Assembly: GCF_001194135.2 (NCBI RefSeq)
Contig: NC_068984.1
Span: 133,709,709-133,773,708 of the forward strand
Direction of reading: 5' to 3'
From: Octopus bimaculoides
Lineage: Eukaryota
DNA: 64,000 nt
In this document: positions 38,997 to 52,066 of the stretch, piece after piece
Position numbering within the stretch: the stretch's first letter is position 1
How the letters are laid out: each line of letters opens with the position of its first letter
The notes under the pieces: model-generated
Databases searched by the model: none
Seen by the model: the letters and a program-made list of their open reading frames with translations, nothing else
What the model was told of the DNA's origin: nothing
Position numbers and translations under genes: made by a program

Positions 38997-40149
38997 ACCC
39001 TGTGAGTTTTTTTCATTTATTTCTTCCCTACCCAGATTGCTGTTCAGTACTATAAGTTTGCAAGACTTAATTTGGTTACTTTGCCTTTTAACTTTGTATC
39101 CTGGACAAAGGTATTTAATTGTAATGGTTGTAAATAGCAAATATGGGTTGCAGGTTGATGAGTGTTTCACCCCAGCCAGTTCATGAAATAATCTCATAGA
39201 CTGAGATATGGCAACAAGAAGGCCGTGTATCTTTTCACTTAAATCAAAGCCATTGAAGCACTCAGCATTTCAAGATGACACCTATGTATCCTGGTTCAGG
39301 ATGTTCATCAGTGTTGGCATAATCAGTATGTCTACAAGTTATCTTCTAAGCACCACATTTGACATTTCCCTCCATGGGCTTGTGGAGAACAGTGTCTTGG
39401 AGTGATGATGCATGCTGTAGCCAGTAAGTATTCTGACTTGATAGCTTCCATTAATTTCTCTTGGGTACCAGTTAGTGCCTATGCTTGTCCCATACAGAAG
39501 GATGGCTTTATTAGTGACGAAAAAGTCACACTTAGTCTTCCTGTTGGGAAGCAAGTTTCTCAATCATGCACATGATGGCAATATATCTAACTGCTGTTTG
39601 TTGTGAATATAGTATATTTACTTCAGTATTCATTTAATAAAGGATTGTTTGCTATTTGTTGCAATGTATGTAAATCTCATTGTGATAATATTGACTTAAA
39701 GATCCATATTCTTTCTACTTTTTAGGTAAATTCGAAAGCAAAACAAATTGTCATCACGTTTAGAGAAATTTATTTACAGCATCTGGATTTGAAGAGATTA
39801 AATCCTTTCCCTGTTTGTGAAATATTGCTAACCAGATGCATTTTCAATTTTAACCAAACAAAGCAAATAGTGAGAAATTGGGAACCAGCCATTTCAAAAA
39901 TATACATACGGTTTCTTCAATAAAATTCAAATTTTTTTTTTTTTTTTTTTTAAATACTTTCATTTTAAATTATATTTTGAAATTAAAATCCTGTTTGTTA
40001 CATATTCATCTGAGATGAATATTGTTATATATAAAATATTTCTGTTATGTTATATGTATCGAATACTATGTAAGGCTAAGCGAAAATTGTGCTTCCATTT
40101 CTGTAATTTATTAAAACAAAAGCAGGGTTTGAATAATTACATCATTTTT

Positions 40150-41020
40150 CAGTATAGCCGCCTTGCTTTTTGATTCACCTCTTGCAAGAGCCCACAAGCT
40201 TGCTTATTCCATTGGAGAAGGTTTTTGTCTGGTCACACAACCATTTATGTACTTCGTCCATATCAAAATCAACACCCTTGTAAAGGATGTTTGAATGTTC
40301 CAAGAAGTGATTGCTGAAAAGGGCAAGATCTGCACTGTATGCTAGATTGTTCCAGCAACTTGAAACCCACTTTTTCAATGGTTTCGATAATATACCTCAC
40401 CATTTGGTGCCAATTGCTGGTTTCAGTTTGTTGGCCAGTATTTTACTGGAGCCTACACTGGTGATTGTAAACCCTTTTTTTTCGAGATGTTTTTTATTGT
40501 TGTACCCCAAAATAGCATTGCTTTTTCTTGAATTTTTTTTTTTATTGTTTTACTGGCAACTCCAGACTCTACCTTGTGGATTACTGATCCAGGTCTCCTG
40601 ACTTTTCTCTCCAAAAATGTTTCACCTTCATTGTTGTAGAGGTTAAGCATTTACATATCCCCCACGATTGCACTTCAATAAGCTCTTGGCACCCAGTAGA
40701 AATGAAGCTTGCCCTAGCTTTCACATCCAGAACCACGATTAATTTGTAGCGAACACAGCACCTCATTGATGGTTACTCAGTTCACTAGAACCATCTGGTA
40801 GATGTTAGGGGGTGTTCTGCTTCATACTTGTGCAGCTATTTTTTAAAAAACTTTTCGATCTGCTCATCTGTGTCAATCTCTCAAAGTGAAAGGAGACTCA
40901 GGAAGCCATGGGATGAAGTACTGAAGGATGATCTTTGACTGAGATGCTTGGCACCTTGCTGTACTCAAGGCTCATCCTCCACAGCAGAAGTGCTAAGACT
41001 GCTCTCCTTGGCAAAGAGAA
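40150..41020 (-). mobile_element. Heavily decayed RNase H-bearing LINE fragment (I-group-like)
   Basis: Frameshifted IY(T)DGS near 40790-40804, KLHFYWVP near 40690-40712 and ANKLKPAIGTKW. These resemble the RNase H domain and downstream motifs of I-group ORF2. Many stop codons. Confidence 0.45.
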
Positions 41021-42425
41021 TTAGCCTGCAAGAGTTCTGAGTTGGTGCCACATTAGAAGCACCCAGCATACACTGTAAAGTGGTTGGCCTGAGGAAGGGC
41101 ATTCACCCGTAGAAACCTGCTGCAACTGTGGTAAAATTGCCCAACCCACGCCAGCATGGAAAACGGACATTAAATGATTATATATATAAAGTACTGGTTC
41201 AACAGCATTATTTCTTAGGAAATTATCTTCATTCCACTTGTCCTTAGACACTGTTTTCACAATCCCATCAGATGGTTTTCTAGATCAATGAGACACCAGG
41301 CCAATTACTACTGCATATCAAAGGTATCTCCTGGGGCACTATCCATTTAGATTAATCTGTCATTATGCATCTTAACTATTAGCATGCCAAAGCCCATACA
41401 AATAATTTAAAAGGTAGTTATCCAGCTTAATACTTTATCTCCAAGCTATTGCCTTTTATTTTTACAAATCAAAATCTGTGGTTCATAACTGATGGATAAC
41501 AACTCTTGTATTGGAAGGTTATATTGGTAGGCTGACTTATAGCCACTGTTGAAAGTATGAAGACATGTTTGTTAAACAGGTTCCTAGAGACCATATTGTC
41601 CAGTGAAATCCCGACCTTGAAGCCAGTAAGCCTGGTATTTTAGTTTTCTTCCAGTATATGTGGTGATCAGACCACTGAGTGTTCACACACCAATGGAGGG
41701 AGGAAAAAAAAACTGCATGTTCAGTCTCAATTGGGTTATGCAAGCACTTTATAGGATAGTAGACCAGTAATTTAACTGTCATACCTATTTTTCCGTATTT
41801 GGATTTTGTGTATTAGCTGACGACGTACCTCACAGAATCAAAATTATCCTGGTATGCTTTGAGACAAAAGTACTAGGGTTGTCAAGAAACAGTGCTTTGT
41901 GCATCTATTGGTGCAATGCAACTAATTTGCCAATTCAAACAACTGCATTTAGATTAATCTTACACAGGTGAGGTGAACCCAATTTGAAGTCCAGCATTAC
42001 AATTAATTTGCCTACATTCCTTATCTTTGGACTCAAAAATGATACCAAGTCCAGTGTTCAGGCAATGTTGGTTGGCTAACAAGATTGATGTACACATCAT
42101 TAAAAGAAACACACACTTGAGACAATACTGCAGTTGATATTGATTAATCCCAACAATTAATCTCCAGGACAAAGAGTCAGTCCTGGATTCCACTTTCAAT
42201 TTTTTCTTAGAACACAGGATGTTTAGTACCACCACTGCATTCTTTAAAGATTTGTTTGTGATATACTGCTGAAAACAACGCCTCTGGGCCCTCAAGTCAA
42301 ACGTAATTGTCTCAAATAAAAAAAAAACAAACAAACAAATATATATATTACAATGTAATTTATTGACTCTTAAGCCAGTTGAATGATGTTTCTTAACAGG
42401 CCTCAGGACATGTTTGCATTAACCA

Positions 42426-44293
42426 TTAGTCAAGCTGAAAAAGAGAAAGATATTTTTTATATATATATAATAGTAATATTAGGGATAAAATCCAAAATTA
42501 CAGGTAAAAACTCAATTAAAATCAATTTATTAAAATTAAATTAAGTTTCACAGTATAAAATATATAGTATTAGGGAAAAGAACCAAGGTTCATGAACTCA
42601 TCGATGAAAATCCAGTCACATATAGAAAAAATTTATAATTAAAAGTACAATAAATACGTATAATAGAATACAAATTAAATATAAGACCAAGATATATATA
42701 TATATAAAAATAAAAAACAAAAGCAAGAGTATTCCAGGATACGACAGTTTGAAACATTCTCGACGGCTCGATCTATTTTGGCTTTTGCACATATACTAGA
42801 AATTTGCCTATATTCCTTACTCTTTCGGCCCAAACTGTATTAATTCGGTTCCATACTTCCCTTTATTGGATTTCATTTGTCTAACAGTAGTTAGACCTGT
42901 TGAAACCCGAATCTTCTGTGCTCAAAACTGACCAAATCGTCAAGTAATGTTTCGAACCGATATCTCAATATCAAATTTAGCGACATAAATACTGGTACCT
43001 TCTTAAATCCAATGTCATTGGAATATTCTCGGAAACATCTTCGGCACATGAAGAGACTGTATTTCCTTATGACACCGTGAGTGTTGGCACAGACTCGACT
43101 GATGGAAGAAAAAAAAAAAGAGGGGGAAAATACAAAGTTTATAATAATAAAACCATAACGATAAAGACAAATGGTTGTTTACATATATAAGCATTCGTTA
43201 CAAAATGAGGCGGAGGTAAAGAATACTCACACCACCCGTTTTCGGTTAACAAAAACCCCAAACCCAATCACAAGATGTATTTTTTTTTACCATCGACCAA
43301 AACGAAAGGGACCACAAAGAAAATATGCAACATTCAGCCACTTCAACTCCCAAATTATCATTATACACGATTAAGATTAATAAAGCTGAGTTAATTACCA
43401 TTTTATGGTATATTCTATTATAGATACTAAATATCACACCTTAGAATCTTCGTATTTATTCAGGTATTTCATATGAGCCAAAGAAGGCGCCCCTTAAACT
43501 GACTCAAATATATAATATACATTAAAGTGAAAATACAATCGAAAAATACTCAATTTCGTCAACAAATATACCGGAAGATATGCTATATACACACGTCTTG
43601 CATTATAGTTGGTAGAGGGTGCGATTTGACTGCTGTTTCTAGCAGGGCAAGCGATCACTTAGAGTAGCATCTTATTTAGATCGTGAACACAGTAGGAAGT
43701 AATATGCGATTAAAGAATGGTCGCAAAAAACGGAAAAGGGCATTCTTGATCTTAATGGATATACTTGAATTGAAGAGTTAAAACACTACGAATTATACGG
43801 CCATGGCAAACACTAACAACATGGCGACCACATCTTCTCAAGGTGGGAGAAATAGGAACATCGATAATAAACCATCTATAGTAATTTATATCTGATTATT
43901 AGTTTCATCTTCAAAACATATTAGGGAGTACAGAATAAATAAATAAATAAATAAACATACAATTCGTATAATTTTATCAATGGCAGTGAAAACTATGAAC
44001 ACACGTGTCTGGAAGAATATCGTGCGATTCGGACTACGGAAATGTGTTACTATTTCATCATTTAAAATAAAGTATTATCTTTGGAAATTACCATTTACCT
44101 TGGTACCTTTATTAAATGTTATTGTTTAGCTCCAAACCAGCTGTGACCATCCCATTTAAGGTGGTATGATGTGGTTTAAAGATTTTGCTGCTATTTCTAG
44201 CAGATGGCGCTTTCGTCTTGAAGCTGCCTCTTAAATTCGACTCCGCACATGTGTGATGATAGTTGTATGATAACTCGTGGATCGTATAAAAAA

Positions 44294-44324
<31 letters not shown>

Positions 44325-44401
44325 AGAAAGGTGTCTTACCATTGTCGTGATCCTGGTCCAAATCGTCTGGGATGAGAAAACCAAAGAGTTGTATGACCCA
44401 T
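42426..44401 (-). CDS. RPS29: 40S ribosomal protein S29 (uS14), 56 aa
   Basis: Exons 44401-44340 ([21 protein letters not shown]), 43098-42999 ([33 protein letters not shown]), 42434-42426 (LD*). The four zinc-ligand Cys are intact. AATAAA lies on the minus strand at 42364-42359. Confidence 0.97.
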
Positions 44402-44459
44402 TTTTAAATATTTAAGAGATATGCACGAACAACGTACGTCTGGTGCGAGTGTTCAACAT

Positions 44460-44496
44460 AAAAGGGAGGGAAGAAAGAGAGAGTTCCATTTATATA
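44460..44496 (-). promoter_or_regulatory. RPS29 core promoter: TATA box followed by a 24-nt oligopyrimidine (TOP/TCT) tract
   Basis: Minus strand TATATAAA at 44496-44489, then CTCTCTCTTTCTTCCCTCCCTTTT at 44483-44460, 59 nt upstream of the ATG. This is typical of ribosomal-protein genes. Confidence 0.7.
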
Positions 44497-46428
44497 TGAA
44501 TCCATCCCATAATTATGCGTGGCTACATTAAAGGGAGATAATCTTCGAGATTGTCGAATTTTTTACTTCCAATTATGAATAGCAGAAAATTTATAGAAAA
44601 AAACCAAAAAAACTAAGATAAAATGTTATAAAGTTGGTTTTTCTCAGTTAAAGATATATTGTCTGAAATATTATGAAATCTTAAATGCTCCATTGGACTC
44701 AACTAAGCATAGTTTTCAAATGATCCTTAGAGCTATCTAACATCAACTGATGTATCATCTTCATCACCATCATCGTCGTTTAACGTCCGCTTTCCATGCC
44801 TGCATGGGTTAAACGGTTTGACTGAAGGCTGACAAGCCAGGCTCCAATCTGATCTGGCAAAGTTTCTACAGCTGGATGTCCTTCCTAACGCCAACCACTC
44901 TGAGAATGTAGTGGGTGCTTTTTACGTGCCACTTGCACGAAGGCGAGTTAGGTGGTACTGGCATCAACCGCGTTTGAATGGTGCTTTTTATGTGCCATGT
45001 AATTCATACAGATGTTTGAAGTCATATTCACTGCAAAAGCACTGTTCAGGTTTTTTTTTACTCACATATTATTATAACATGTTTGCTTTTTTGTTAAAAA
45101 AAAATTGGGGTTTCAGTTGGAGGGAGACTGGTAGCATCCATAACCTTTCATTTAGGGACTGGTGTGGAAAATGGGGGAGGAAGCCATAACTCACGGTTTG
45201 TTGTAGTAAGAAACAACTCATATAAAGATTAGGTTATTCTCAGATCAGAGATCTGGTTCGGTTGCCTGAAACAAAATAGACTTCTCTAAAGGCACCCAAG
45301 GGCCTGGTAATGGTAGTTGATTGGGTGATGGATTAAGTCAACCATGAAAGAACAGATACACTCTATCGGATGGATTTCACTGTAGTTATTTTTTTATCCA
45401 GTTTCATTCACAAGGCTCTGGTTGACCTGAGGATGTGACAGAAGATACTTTTCCAAGGTACCAGACAGTGGAAGTGAACCTAGAAACGTGCTTGTGATAT
45501 GCCTGGTGTGCTAGCAACAGCCTTTAAAATAATCACAGACTTGCAGGAAATTATCTCTGGTGTGTGCAAGGCTATTCTATCTTTATTTTCTTGCTAAAAT
45601 AAACACATGGCTGGTTTCAATGACAAGGGGTTGATAATGGAGATTAAAGCTTAATATGATTTAGTGGAAAATGAGCAAAACGCTAAAATGGGAAGCGAAT
45701 TAATCCATTGTAGAATGAAGTGATGTCTTTAGATCAAGCACATAATTCTTTCTTGTATAGGCTCAAAGCTTGAAATTTTGGAGGAGAGGGTTAGTCAATA
45801 ACACCGACCCCAATATGTGAAAAGAAGTTGAACTCAGAACATAAAGATGGACAAAATTTTGTTAAGTATTTTATCCAGTGCAGTAATGATTCTGCTAGCT
45901 TTCTACCTTGATTAAGATCATAATGATCTGCTCAAAAAAGGTGCCACAGTATATCCAATAGAGACTGAGTTTATATATCTCAAAATTGTATCCTGCTATT
46001 GTATAAAAACATTGTGTAACACGATTTTTGTGCTTGGGTAGCAACCGTTACTTCCTTTTTGCTTAACCCCTAGAAAGTATGAAAAATGGCTAATATTTCC
46101 TTCAAACTTTACTTTTGTTACATTTATTCAAACGCCAAAGAATTCCTCTCAACATGTGATTATGATATATATATATATATATATATATATGGACTCTTGT
46201 ATACATATGTAAAGGATTAAGAGAAAAATAAACAAGAGAGCTGATAATTCCAGAGTCTTGTCAAAAAAGCAAAATGATTAAAAACTTGTAAAAACCCTTT
46301 CACAGCACATGACAAATAACTGTTAACTTTAAAAAATAATTTATCCATTATACAATTTATCCTTTATACAATTTTTGAACGATTGATAATTTAGACTGTA
46401 AAAGCAATATTTCGTCTTTCCAAATGCA

Positions 46429-49400
46429 TCAATTGTTTTGAGAGAAACCTGAAATTTGTTCTATGACTTCGGCTTGTTTCTCAGGTGTCAAAGACTCATA
46501 GTGAGAAAGTTCCATTGAGAAAGAAGCCATTCCAGATGTTAAAGTTCTAAGGGTTGTTGTATATCCAACCATTTCTGAAACAGGTGTTAAGGCTGAAATA
46601 AACTGTAAATCCTGCTGCTGTTGGATTGAAGCAATTTGGCCACGTCGTTTGGCTAAATCTCCAAGAACACCATTTAAATAAGCTTCTTCACAACTTATCT
46701 GAAAGAAAGAAAAACATCACATAAGTTCACATTGGAATGGAAACATGATTCATGACAGACAAGATAAAAGAATAAAAGCCGTACTGAATTAAGTGTAATT
46801 TAATAAGACCTCATAAAAAAAAATTAAATAAAACACATTATCTTACAAACTTATAGTAATGTGGAATCCTTTTATAGTAATTTATTATCATTTATCTCAC
46901 TGTACTTGGTTCTGTATTACTATCCACACATTTTTATTATCTTTCCTATTCTTTTTCTTTATTTTCTTTATCGTGTACAAGAGTGGAAGAAATAGAAAAC
47001 ACAGATAAAATAGTTTGGTATCTAACTTTGTCCCTCTATGATCTGGAAGCAAAAAAGGCTTCAGAGACGAAACTTACCACATATGTGGATCTGGTCAAAC
47101 AACGTAGGAATAAAAAGTGACAAGTCAATTGCCATTTGAGTCAGGCCACAGGGGTCTCCCAGCACTTTGTGTGGAAGATATTGACATCTCTGGGAGCGTT
47201 AGGAAGGGAAGAAGATGACTACTTGCAAGTTGGGGGAAGCAGCAGAAAGAATATTTTGGTTTTCAAACAAGCAGGAGGAGCTGAGTTGAAAGCTACAAGA
47301 GGATGGCCAGTGACTGGCTATCATTGCTAACCTACAAACTGAAGGATATTGTAGTTTAAGGTCAAAATGTCTAAGGAATGTTGAACACTACCTGATGATT
47401 TCTCTGGGCTTAAAGCTACAGTCATAAATAAGTGATTGAATGTCCTAGCATCTGTAGCTGATGTATGGGGAGGGGGGACATACGTTATAACAGCAGGTCA
47501 CTGCATCTACCATTTGTTGGTGATTCCCTATTTCTGGTGGATGATGCCTTTGCACCACTCAGGTAACAACCCTCCAACCCATGGGTCTGTTTGGGTAGTT
47601 GTTACTGGTGAGGGTTTTACAAGGTTGGAGTGCAAATTCTACTTCAACCTCTTTTAGTCACTTTTAATTACATGCAGAGGAGGAAATGCTTGGATCTCTC
47701 CTTTGATATGTCAGTCTCCACACAACGTATCTTCAGAGTGCCTTTATTTAAAAAAAAAATTCTGTGTCTAATTTTTCTTTAAATCAACTATACACATCTA
47801 CCTTAAATACCTGGTCTTGTACCTGTTTAAGAAATCGTTGTTACCTGAACATTCATAAGAGGCTCCATCAGAAAAGTGTTGGCTTTACGCAAGGCTTTTT
47901 GAACTGCGGACATAACACAAGCACTGATCATCGGAAGTGACGTTCTTGATCCAATGCTGACTTCATGAAGTGATACAGAAACATGAATAACAGGAAAGTT
48001 CAGTATCAAACCTGAATAAATATAGAATTACATAGGCAGGATATTAACCAATTATGATTAAATAAAGAAATCATCATTAATTTAGAAAGAATGGAAAAAA
48101 AAATCATCACCTGTTCAAGACAACCCTTCTTTCTTGGATTAATTGAAAAAAAATAAAAATAGTGGACAAGGAGGTATGAGGGGGTGCTGAAACGTTCCTG
48201 GCTTTGGGTAAAAGTAAATACAAGAGGATTAGTTAATTATGATTTTATTCAACATATTTCCTCCTCAGATTCACACACTTATTGCAACAGTTCTTCAGTT
48301 TTTCTAAGCCCTTCCAAATTTTCAGCACCCCCTCGTACATCATACTGTGTGTATAATCTACAACTCTTCTGCAATCATGTGAATTTGAATGCCATTATCA
48401 TCATCATCATTTAATGTCCTTTGCTCATGGGTTGGATGGTTTGACTGGGCTGCACCAGACTCCAGTCTGATTTGACATTTTCTATGGATGGATGCCCTTA
48501 CTAACGCCAACGACTCTGAGAGTGTAATGGGTGCCATTTGTGTGACACCAAGAAGCATTTATGTATCACCGGCATGGGTGTCAATTTGCGTGACACCGGT
48601 ATCTGCCATGACTGTGATTTTGCTTGACTTGATGGGTCTTCTCAAGCGTGACATAATGCCAAGGGTCTTAGTGATTGCCTCCGTGAGGCCCAGCACTCGA
48701 AGGCAATAACTGGTCTCAAATGTTTGAGTAAAATGAAAAGAAAAATTTAAGATAAGAACAGAATTTGTAACCTGCAGTTAAAGCTGATTTGACTCCGTTT
48801 TCAATGGCATTCAACTGGTATCTGTGGATTTGTGTCAGATTGTTCTCTTTGGTGTGGACTAAATTCACATGCTGGAAGTTTCTTGTTTCACTCGGTTCCA
48901 CAGATAATGCTATGAACATCTGATGGCGCTGTTCTCCAAGGGTCTTGTCTAGAATCTCATTGACATAAGCTCTAAAAGATTTAAAACCGAAATGAAATAT
49001 AAAAAAGTTGTTGTGATGAATGAATATCAAAAAAAAAAGGGAGGAAAGAAACAATGATTTAAAATATTAATATACCTTAATAATGAATTTAAAAATGGAG
49101 ATTTATTGAGCTTTATACATTAAGAGTAAATCTCATATGAAACACAAAATTACTTCCTTGAAATAATTATGATGATGATTATTATTATTATTGATTTCAA
49201 ATTGTTTTTTGCACAAGGTCAGCAATTTTTGGACAGGTAATAAGTTTATTACATCGATCCCCAGCACTATATTGAACTTATTTTATTGTCCCCAAAAGGA
49301 TGAAAGGCAGAGTCAACCATAGCAGAATTTGAACTCAGAACATGATGATGATGAACCTAAAAATAAATGAAATACCGCTAAACATTTTGTCCAGCATCTA

Positions 49401-52018
49401 ACGATTCTGCCAGCTTGCCATCTTAATGATTATTCTTTTTTATTGCAAAAACAATTATTAGAATTAAATTCTCTTCATTATTATCATCATTATTGCTGTT
49501 GTCATTTTAACATCTACTTTTCCATGCTTGTATAGATCAGAAAAAATTACCTGAGGGTAGAGTTTTCTACAGTAGAATATCCTCCATCATACCAACCCTC
49601 ATTTGTTTCCAAGCAAAATAATAATCCCCAAGTCTATTCAACAACAAACAACTGAGATACAGTCATATGGAGAACACTGTCTGGATGAGCTTTTTGATTA
49701 CAAAGATTGCACAACACATCAAGCCATGTCAAGATGTCCAGACATACTTTCGTGGTGGACTGCAAGCAAACCAAACTATCTGGATGAACAGTGATGCTTT
49801 TGTTTACAATCAGTGAACACATGTGAAGATTAGGGGAAATACAAACTCACTCACACACAGCTATAATACAAGACACCAGCCAACAACATCTATGCAGTGG
49901 AACTGAACCACTAATTATGTGGTAGCAAAGCAAGCTTCTTAACCACACAGCCATGCCTGTGCAAAATCTACACTAATCAACACTCTAAATATTTAATGAA
50001 TATATATGAGTAAGTTTGTAATAAATTTCTTACGTCTCTTTGATGGTCTCTTTGTAAGCTACTTGCAGTGACCCAAGGTGAACTTCTAAGTTATACTCTT
50101 CCTTAATTCTGTTGCGTACAATATCCAAATGCAGTTCACCCATGCCACATAGAACAGTTTCACCTGTGTCAGGATAAATTTTTACAGACAAAGTAGGGTC
50201 TTCTTTTTGAAGGCATTCAAGTGCATAATCTAAATGTTTCTGATCTGATATAGAGTCAGCTTCAACAGAGCAGAAGAACACAGGGTCTGGAATATCTAAA
50301 CCGGCTAAAACTGGGCTATGAATGTGGTTGCTTTCTTCTTCATCTTGCTGATCAACCCCAACTTCAGTATTAACCTGACTTAGACGATCCTTCTTGTAAA
50401 GTTTCATGGCAGCATCAGCTGTTGCATGGTTTGCTACAAGACTGTCTCCTGTGATTGTCTGAAAAACAAAAAAAATATTTTCTTTTAATTAGATACAAGC
50501 AATGTTAACTAAAATTCATTCTTAGCAAATGCTGTATCATGGTTACAATAAACAGCAAAAAATCTGAAATTTCTTTAACTTAATTGTTTATTCTTTTGCA
50601 TCCAATACTAAATGCTAGCATGGGTAGAATGGTTTTGAAAAATTTGGATGTTGTTTGCATATGGATTGTTGAAGCAAGTATTTTTACAATTAATTATTCA
50701 TCTGTGGAATAGAAGTGACATCATTTTCCACTTGGCTGACTGAGTATATAAAATTGGAGGTAAGTATGATTCATAGTGAACTACCCTGATGCCAGTCACA
50801 AGCTCAGAGGAAGAAGCAGGAGGATTGGGTGTCAGGCCAGCAGTCCAGCCTTGCAAAAATCAGGAATCGCTAAAGAAATGGCAGGAGAAATTTATGAGAA
50901 CAATTGACACGAGGACCAGGTCAACTTTACAACCATTGGCTTGTAAGGTGCTTCCCTCCAGCATTACAACATTTATCAAAAGAAGTAGATATTGAAAAAG
51001 AAGTTTTGACATTACCTGTTTAAATCCAGCAGCACAAACAATGCTGCCAGACATTGCTCTGGATATATCTTCAAATTCATTGGCGTTAACTTGCAACAGC
51101 CTCATTACCTTCTCACTTTGTTTCTGGTTGACATTATAAATAGAAGCACCATTTACCAATTCTCCATTGTATATACGAAGAAATGTTAGTGGTCCACGTT
51201 GTTTGTCATGGATTATCTTGAAAGCCAAGCAAACTAAACTTTTGCCATAGTATTTTAAGAAGTCATGTTTGATGTCCAGAGGTGATGGTAAATAATGATT
51301 GATAGAACTCAACAAATGTTGTACACCTTTGTTTTTCAATGAGCTGCCACATAAAACAGGTACAGCTTCTTGTTTTAATGTCACTTGTCTTATTGCTGAA
51401 TGTATTGCTTCAGCTGGAATATCATTTAAATTATAGTCTTGAAGCACATACTCAGCAATTGTTTCACTCAAATCAGATAACTGACCAATCAGATGAGTTC
51501 TGTGTGCCATAACTTCTTCAAAGAGATCTTCATTGGATTCATCAATTTTTTCCACACTAAATTTTGATCCATCTCGAGACTCTTTTGACCATGTCCACAT
51601 TTCCAAAGTGACCAGGTCAACAAAACCAGTAAAATCTTTCCCACTGCCTAATGGAAAACACAACAATAAGGGTTCTGTCTGTAGTTTGTGTTGCACTGAT
51701 TGAAGACAATGTTTTACATTTGCTTTTGGTTTATCCATTTTGTTAAGAAAGATGATTTGAGGAACTGAATATCGACTTGCTTGTCTCCAAACTGTTAATG
51801 TCTGTGCTTCCACACCTTTAAAAAACAATTTTAAACATATTTATTACAGTTATTGTATAGTTTTGATAATTTATAGACTGTAGGTTCAAACTCTGTTGAA
51901 AATATTGTGATATTGCCTAAATATATCTGATTTGAAAATAGGTCTCATTTCTACTCCATGATGAAGTAGTTAATAATAACTAGAAAGGAAAGCCTATTCT
52001 TTAAATTTGAAGACTAGC

Positions 52019-52066
<48 letters not shown>

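Noticed and set aside
41960-42334. 124-aa minus-strand ORF downstream of RPS29 as an alternative last exon or a separate gene
   Set aside because: No recognisable homology, and RPS29 already has a canonical last exon and poly(A) signal.
42870-42970. H/ACA-like features in RPS29 intron 2 (stem, ACAGAA, ...AGACAAAT)
   Set aside because: Too short, with no proper pseudouridylation pockets by eye; not supportable without a covariance search.
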